Positions 55,037 through 64,000 of a stretch of 64,000 nt of DNA are shown in pieces. The notes beneath the pieces were generated by a model. The model was not told the DNA's origin, made no database searches, and saw only the letters and a list, made by a program, of their open reading frames with translations. The DNA comes from Balamuthia mandrillaris (Eukaryota). Position 1 is the first letter of the stretch. Each line of letters opens with the position of its first letter. The translations under genes were made by a program, and so were the position numbers. Location: NCBI GenBank assembly GCA_031835245.2, contig JAVKOQ020000002.1, forward strand, positions 310,001 through 374,000. Direction: 5' to 3'.

Positions 55037-57103
55037 TTCGATTCTGACCTCTACTCCTTACTGCCTAAAGATATCTCTGCTCAGCAGCAACAAAGAACAA
55101 CGGTTATCCACTTCGGAAACAAAAACAAAAGAGGCAATGCTCTTTGTGCAGCTCATGCAACTCGCCTTGGCGCCTTTTAAAAACAGCTTCTTTATCTCTG
55201 CGGAGGAGAATACCTCACGTCGAGCCACCAAAACAACCACTACTATGCCGGCTCCACAACGAGCTCGTAAGGACTTTGTTCGTTACGTACTCTCCATTCC
55301 CGACTTGAGCTCGGCGTTCAAAGCTGCCTCTGCATCCGCTGAAGAGACCGAATTGATTCAAGTTTTTCCTGATTGTTTGGATACAAGCGCTCTAATGCAT
55401 GATGGTGGTGATGCAGAGAGAAGAACATTGGAAGAAAGTATCGTCTTGTGTCGTTGTGTGCTGCTGAATTTGTTGGATTTGGGACCGTCCGTCATTCGAC
55501 TGGGTGCTGAGCCCGTTATGGTTTGGTTCTTCTCATTTTAATTTGGTGTTTGTTTTGTTATTTCGTTTTAGTGTTTGTTTTAGTTATGTTAACTTTCTAT
55601 TTATTTATTTATGTTTTTTTTTTACTTCTTGCCCTCTTTTTTAACATTATTTCAAAAACTTAATATTTAACCAACAACAGACAAAGTATTTAGCTGCCAT
55701 CAATCAGCTTATGAATCACTTATCCTCTGCCTTCCGCTTAGCAAACCGCACTCAAAAAAAAATCGACGAATATGGAGAGTTCGAAGGAGACGCCGAAGAA
55801 GCGGAACCCGGTATGCTCGTCGCTCAAAGTACCATTTCCAACACACTCAAAGAAGAGGAGATCCTTGACCACGTGCAGTTCCTGTTGGACCCCGATCTAC
55901 TTCGCTCTCTCATCAAACTTTACTTGGATGGTTTGTGTTTGATTTTGAAAATGTACTCTTTAACTTTGTCATTTTTCGTATTCTTATTGTTTATACACAA
56001 TAGAGGAAACTCAAGAGAGCCAAAAGGACAAAGGCAAAGACACCAAAGAGGATCATCAACGTCCATCCACACTTTTTCTTCCTTTCAACAAGCTCTTCCC
56101 AGAAGGCCTCCAAGTTCTTTGTCGCCTTTGCAACACCCTGCAACGGGATCATCCCTCTCTGCGAATGCCTCTCCTCAATACTCTCTCCTTCTCCTCTCAC
56201 AGCACTTTTGTTACCAAGCTTTGGCATCGTCTCACTTGCAGCCAACAACTGGACCAATTGGCCACTTTTGGTTTTGTAGAGGATATGGATGGTAGTTTGG
56301 AGCAGATGGTACCGGCGTTATCCCTGTTTTGCGCCTGTTACAATCATTTATTGGTGACGATGGATGACGAGGAGTTCTTCGAGAGGAAGACACACTTTAG
56401 ATTAACGGAGGTTACAGAGATGGTTGGTATGTTGAAGAGGATCGTGTTTAGGATGTATTGGAGCAAAGGAGGCGAAGACCCTGCTTTGTTGAAAGTTTAT
56501 CAAGATTCGTTTCTGCGAAAGTCTATTACTGCTGTTCTGCGCCAACTCTATGATCGCAAGTACGTCTTTCTTTTCTATCTTTGTCATGTTTTCGGAAACT
56601 AAAACCCGCCAAAACATTGGTAATCGTTTCAGTTCCCGAAGACGGTTTTGCATGGATGAGCATTGGAACGTGGAGGAAATAGGGCGACAAACGGAAACAT
56701 TCAAAACAGATGTGGCTAGAGAAGACAAACGAGCTCTGCGAATCTTGAAGCACATTCCATTCGTGGTACCAACGGACCTTCGTGTTGAACTCTTCCATCA
56801 ACTTGTCCGTGACATGAAGAACCGGATCGACCCGTTGGATACTAGAATTACGGTTCGGAGGGATTATGTGCTTGAAGATGGGTTTGATGCTCTGCATTAT
56901 CTTCCCCGTAAGAACAAACTCTGAGCTCTCTTTCTCTTCTTCATGCGGTTTTCATGTTTCAGTTTCTCACTACTTTTATTACCTACCTTTAACATCAAAA
57001 GCTGAAGCATTCCTCGGAATAATTCGGGTATCATTCATTAGTACTGAGGGATTGCCGGAGGCAGGCATTGATGGTGGAGGCGTGTTCAAAGGTCTGATTC
57101 TTA

Positions 57104-57140
<37 letters not shown>

Positions 57141-57253
57141 CACTCAATTACTCACGCTACCTATCTTTGTAACAAATAGAATTTTTGACTGAGTACGTCA
57201 TTCCTTTCGCAGAAGAACACGAGAGAAAGCCAAAGGCAACTATGGAAGGAGGG

Positions 57254-57303
<50 letters not shown>

Positions 57304-59217
57304 CCAAAAGGAAAGTACATTTGCTAACGGGCTGATTAAAATTTCAGGTTGACGAAGACAGCATTTAGTTCCAGCTATGGCTTGTTCAAAGAAACTGCTG
57401 ATCATTTACTTTATCCTAATCCCCATTCGGAGCTAGTTGCTAGTACGATTGACATCTTTTGTTTTGTTTTGTTTTTCTTTTTTGTTTTGTTTCTTTTTTT
57501 TCCCCATGGTATTTGTTTTTAGTTTTATTTTTGTTCTCACCGGAAATAATCTTCAGGTGACCATATGCAACAGTTGGAGTTTTTGGGCAGGGTGCTAGGG
57601 AAAGCATTGTATGAGTCCATTCTGGTGGATGTGCCCTTTGCCAACTTCTTCCTTGCCAAACTGCTCCGCAAGCATAACTACTTTAACGATCTCGTCTATT
57701 TGGATCCGCAGTTACACAAAAACCTCATGGTGCTGAAGCACTATCCCGGCGATGTGGAGCAAGACTTTAGCTTGAACTTTACCATCACAGATGATGGTTT
57801 GTTCGATACCTTCCCCTTTTTTTCGCTCTCTATTTTTTAGCGTTCTCGCTTTCTCTTTTAGTCTTTCTCTTTTCCTCTTTCTCTCAACCGTTTGGTACTG
57901 ATTTTTGTTTCCTCTGAACAAACCAAATCACACAAAAGAGTTTGGACGTTTAACAGAACGAGAACTGATACCAGGAGGAAAGGATATTCCAGTAACCAAC
58001 GAAAACAGAATCAAGTATATTTATTTGGTGGCCAACTATAGGCTCAACATACAAATCTCTCGTCAATGCACCGCCTTTCTCAAAGGTTTCTCTTTTTATC
58101 TTTGTCTTCTCCTTCTTCTCGTTCTTGTTCTCTACTTTCAATATGTTATTTTATTCACATAGTACTATTCCATTCAGGATTTGCCGACATAATTCCACCA
58201 GAGTGGCTACGCATGTTCAACCAACACGAGCTGCATTTGCTCATCGCAGGAAGAGAGGGTGGAATCGATCTGGTAGACCTCCGCGAACACACTGCCTACG
58301 GACCTGGCTATCACGACCAGCACCCCACTATCGAGATGTTTTGGTCGGTGGTCCAGTCTTTCACACCCAAAGAGCAAAGACAGCTCCTTAAGTTTGTTAC
58401 AAGCAGCAGCAGAGTACGTCTCTTCTCTTTTTAGCCTCTCTCCCTCCCTCCCTCCCCCCTCCCTCCCTCCCTCCCTCCCTCCCTCCCTCCCTCCCTCCCT
58501 CCCTCCCTCCCTCCCTCTCCCTCCCTCCCTCCCTCCCTCCCTCCCTCCCTCCCTCCCTCCCTCCCTCCCTCCCTCCCCCCCCTCCCTCCCTCCCTCCCTC
58601 CCTCCCTCCCTCCCTCCCCTCCCTCCCCTCCTCCTCCCCTCCCTCCCTCCCTCCCTCCCTCCCTCCCTCCCTCCCTCCCCTCCCTCCCTCCCTCCCTCCT
58701 CCCCTCCCTCCCTCCCTCCCTCCCTCCCCTCCCTCCCTCCCCCTCCCTCCCTCCCTCCCTCCCTCCCTCCCTCCCTCCTCCCTCCCTCCCTCCCTCCCTC
58801 CCTCCCTCCCTCCCCTCCCCCTCCCTCCCCTCCCTCCCTCCCTCCCTCCCTCCCTCCCTCCCTCCCTCCCTCCCTCCCCTCCCTCCCTCCCTCCCTCCCC
58901 CTCCCTCCCTCTGTATATGCTCATTTTTGTCCGCTTTTTATTGTTCATAGCCACCATTGCTGGGTTTTCGCTATCTCAATCCTCCATTTTGTATTCACAA
59001 GCGACATGGAGACAAGCAAAGTTTGCCCACTGCTTCCACGTACGTACCCTCACTTTCTATCTTTTTTCTTTCCGCTAATCTGCTTTGTTTTCTTCTTTCT
59101 TTCATCCTTCATAGATGTATGAATTTGTTGAAGTTGGGCAGTTATGAAACACCAGAGAAAATGAGGGAGAAGCTGCTCTATGCCATTGCTCATAGCACTG
59201 GCTTCGAGTTAAGCTAA
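53758..59217 (+). CDS. UBE3C: HECT E3 ubiquitin ligase, UBE3C/Hul5/UPL6 family
   Basis: MFFSGNTKRKNINLGGRS; IQ motif ALKIQ/SFWR; LVTMDDEEFF, ILKHIPFVVP, EAGIDGGGVFK/EFL, LYPNP, FLGRVLGKALYE, LLKFVTSSSR/PPLLGF, LPTAST/CMNLLKL and GFELS*. Confidence 0.93.
58441..58911. repeat. (CCCT)n intronic tract, (GGGA)n on the template strand
   Basis: About 470 bp of pure C/T inside a HECT-gene intron. Confidence 0.97.
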
Positions 59218-59400
59218 ACAAACAAGTGTTTTTTTGCTGCCGTGTTGCGTTCCTGTTGTTGTTTATCGTGCTGGCTAACAAGGCAACCCTACACGTTAAA
59301 AAAAAGACGCAGTTATTAGTGGAACAGAAACTCTCTTTTTATTTACAATATCTGTGCAAGAGAGTCACTGTGCGTGATTTCCGTGGCACGCCTAGCATGC

Positions 59401-60105
59401 TTAGTAGCCATAATCAACATCGCCACCGTTGCCGCCATTGCCGCCGTTACCGCCATTGCCGCCGTTACCACCATTGCCGCCATTACCACCGTTGCCGCCA
59501 TTGCCGCCATTGGCCTGGACGGTGATGGTGCCCACCATTCCCGCCTCGCAGTGGACTTCGCACATGTAGAAGATGGTGCCGACGTCTCCCGCTTGGATGG
59601 TGTAGGAGAACATGAAGCCGGTGTCTTGGATGCCGGTGTCGAACAGAGCGTTGGGGGCGGTCTCGCAGTTGGGACCAGTGGTCTCGGTTACCGTGTGGGT
59701 GTCATCCTGCCAGACCCATTGGATGGTATCTCCAACGTTGGCATTCACGTTCTCCGGCGAGAAGATGTTTTGTCCGCCAGGACCCACGATAACCGTGATG
59801 GTCTCGCCGCCATTGCCATCGCCGTCACCATCACCATCGCCGTCACCGTCACCATCACCATCGCCATTGCCGTCGCCATTGCCATCACCATTACCATCGC
59901 CATTGCCATCGCCGTAGCCGTTGTGGTGGTGGTGAGGGCACTTGGAATGGGCCGAGGCAACGGCCGCTAAAGTTTAGTGAGGTAACGTTAGCATATCTTT
60001 GTATGGAGTGGACTGAAAAACGGATAAGGAAGGAGAGAGAGCAACAGCGTTACCGAAGCAAACCAGCAAGGCAACCAACAGCACTAAGAGAGTTGAGCTT
60101 TTCAT
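59401..60105 (-). CDS. Secreted cupredoxin (plastocyanin/azurin-like, type-1 copper) with Gly/Asn/Asp repeats
   Basis: Exon 1 MKSSTLLVLLVALLVCF; exon 2 AVASAHSKCPHHHHNGYG(DGNG)n..FSPENVNANVGDTIQWVW..HTVT..YMCEVHCEAGMVGTITV(NGG)n. The H, C, H, M ligand set is present. Confidence 0.85.
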
Positions 60106-60430
60106 TTCGAAGATGTAGTTGTTGTGAAGGGGATGTTTTTGTTGTTTGTTGTTGTAATTGTTTGTTTGTTGATGATGGAAGGGAAATGGGGACTCTCACT
60201 TTATTGCTTTTTATATGATTCGGTGCAGGGTGGATTGGATCCGAAATTGCTGGGAATTGGCACGTGAATCTCCGGGAGGCAGTCTCCTGGGCTGGAAAAA
60301 GAAAGGCGTTGAAGCCCTTTGACCGGGTTACGCAAGCCTCATTCGCTTTCATTGGTCAGCCTCGTCGGAGATGGAAAATACACCGAACTCCTAGATGCAT
60401 TTTCGGTTCTCTTACTTGTGCTACAGGTTG

Positions 60431-62300
60431 TTAGTGGAATGAACCCAGAAAAAACACATATTGCACAGTAATTTTGGTGTTCTCTCCTGGTTTCTTCCGC
60501 CTTTTCCGTGTGCCTCCTTTCTCATGTGCCTCTTCATTCTTCAGCAATAAAAACCAAATACCTTGTGCTGCTGTGTATGAAGGTGGAAGCAGGTGGAATG
60601 TCAAGCATCCCAAGCGTGGGCGTCCTTTCGTCTTATTTCTTGCAGATGCGAACACGTTGGAAAAAGCTGTGAAGATTTTCTCCCTTTGCAAACCTCGGTC
60701 GATACCAACTATTTCTGTCCCGTCTTTTTACACATATAGCCTGCCATTCCATTCGGAGCAGTGGTAACTGCTGAACTTGACCATGGTTGAATTTCAATGT
60801 AGTTTTACAATGCCAAAACTGTCCCAAAGTTATTACTTGGGGCTTTATCTTTGCCAGCGTTCATAGGGGGATGTTGAATGCATCCATCGTACTATCCACC
60901 AGGCCGGTAGTTAGTTCTCCCTCTCCCTCCCCTTTCCCTTCATCTCTTCTTTCCGCTTGAGTGGTCGCTTTGTTCTTCCCATTACTGTCGGAATGGAGGG
61001 CAAACCATCGGCACTTCCCAAGCGGTATTCTTGAGGGCACGAACCACTCTTGGGTAGCTTCGTTGCAAGAGAGGCTTGTACGGCATTGCCACAGCGCGGA
61101 AGAGGAAGGTAGAAGGAGAACTTGCCATCAGAGAAGACCCCCCCCCCCAAACACCTTCCACGGCAGCGATATGCCGATGGCTACATTCAAGAGGTAAAAC
61201 GGAAACGATAAAGAAGAAGAGGCAGAAAAACTCATTCGCTGTTAAGTAGTCATGCAGCGACAACAAAGAGAGCAGCCACACCAACCACACCAAACCACAG
61301 TCTCTGCAGAGAGTAGCAGTCTGAAGAGGGGGAGGAACACAATGAGAAAGAAGATAATAGGCTGTCATGAACCCAAAGACTGGCCTCGCACTGTTGGAAA
61401 TCGCGGAAGATACCAACCTGGAGGACATCAACTGGATGCGACTTGGCAGTCTCTCCCAAGCTTCAAAAAACCCGCAGTGTTGATACCGAACGAACTGGGA
61501 TGCTTTTTCTTCAGTGTTGGCTTCTTCTCCATCTTTTTATTCAGAAAGAATGCAGGGTTTTGTGTACCTTTATCGAGGGCAAAATATTGTCCAACAACCC
61601 GGAAAACTACAGGTTACTGCCTACTCCTCCACTGGCGGGCTGGAAAAATGCATTGAATCGCACACGCGTCGACAAATAACTTTTGGCAGGGCGAACTTTG
61701 GTGGGGGTACAGGCTTGGGGCAATGTTGTGGTCTTTCGAATTGCAGCGTTTTTCCGTTGGGCATAACTTGCGTTTCCGACACTGGACTGCATTTGGCCTG
61801 TCCCGAAGGACTAAAAATTGCCCTCTCAGCAGAAATAGCGTGCCACATGGTTTGCAATGCTACTCGCAGGGAGGGTTTACTGCCGCTTTAATGTCTTTCA
61901 TAGTTTGCTTATCTTTGTTTTGTTCAACCGCGCACCAGCAGGCAAAAGAAGGTATGTACTGAAGCATATCTAACAAATATTGAGGACCAACTGACTTGTT
62001 TTCTTATTATTGTTGTCTTCTGTTGCTGCCTTGGCAGAAGAGGAAGATGCAGCATTGTTGGATGCAGGAAGTGACCACGCGGATGTTGAGTTGCGTTTCC
62101 AGGACGCAAGGAACTCGTGTTTGGCAGGGGGAACACAAGGGGTTATCTGGCAATTCAAAAGGAAGGTAAAGCGAACAAGAAGGTTGTTCTCCTTTCTTCA
62201 GGTCACCGATTACCAAAGAGAATGGAGCAGCCACTGCCAACCAAAGCAGGACAACGTTTTGCTGTGAAAATGCGTACCCATTGCGGAGCACGACAGAGGG
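60431..62300 (-). pseudogene. Possible decayed coding sequence or mobile-element relic, unidentified
   Basis: About 1.9 kb of high-complexity sequence lacking intron-type microsatellites, with many short stop-interrupted ORFs. No family recognised. Confidence 0.2.
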
Positions 62301-62524
62301 TAAACATGACTCACACAGAGACACTAGGACATGAAGGGAGAATGCTTTCGAATCTAACTCATAGCAGAAGGTTGGTGTGGAATTGGACAGAGTTTCATCG
62401 AGACGGATGTGCAAAAATAAATGTAGACACCCATATCACTTATTCGACCCCTCATGTGCAAGTCGACACAAAATATCCGCAAAGAAAAGAAAAGAAAGGA
62501 GAAAAGAAAAGAAAGGGCTAAAAA

Positions 62525-64000
<1,476 letters not shown>

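Noticed and set aside
58394..59122. Pro-rich 242-aa and Gly/Arg-rich 186-aa ORFs
   Set aside because: Translations of the intronic (CCCT)n tract.
42329..59217. Apparent ER-glycoprotein/ERAD functional cluster (RPN2-like, PNGase, UBE3C)
   Set aside because: Interrupted by BHMT and plausible by chance in a gene-dense eukaryote; no evidence of co-regulation beyond one head-to-head pair.

Overview
Gene-dense, intron-rich eukaryotic nuclear DNA, most likely an amoebozoan of the Acanthamoeba/Balamuthia group. This is inferred from the TBP sequence, poly-Ser/Glu tracts and microsatellite-filled short introns, and is not verified. About 17 spliced protein genes can be reconstructed by hand, plus tRNA-Lys(CTT): Ubc7/UBE2G2, TBP, nucleolin, a DEUBAD+HARE-HTH ASXL-like protein, WDR81-like BEACH protein, MDH, Vps8, PPCS, WDR70, three F-box-type genes, an RPN2-like/TRAP-delta protein, a BHMT-like methyltransferase, PNGase, a UBE3C-like HECT ligase, a secreted cupredoxin and a PP2A-family phosphatase. 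The strongest novelty candidate is a tandem family at 35.4-40.2 kb, with a decayed third copy near 32 kb. Its proteins start with a histone H3-like tail (MARTKQVARR), carry H3-like fold helices split by an inserted F-box, and end in ankyrin repeats. Other notable items are an RPN2-like luminal region fused to TRAP-delta, a PNGase with UBL/legume-lectin/PUL domains, a PTS2 exon on an MDH1-type enzyme, a probable AT-AA U12 intron, a recurrent TGTCG(A/T)CA promoter motif and structured-RNA candidates. All family assignments come from recalled motifs; no searches were run.
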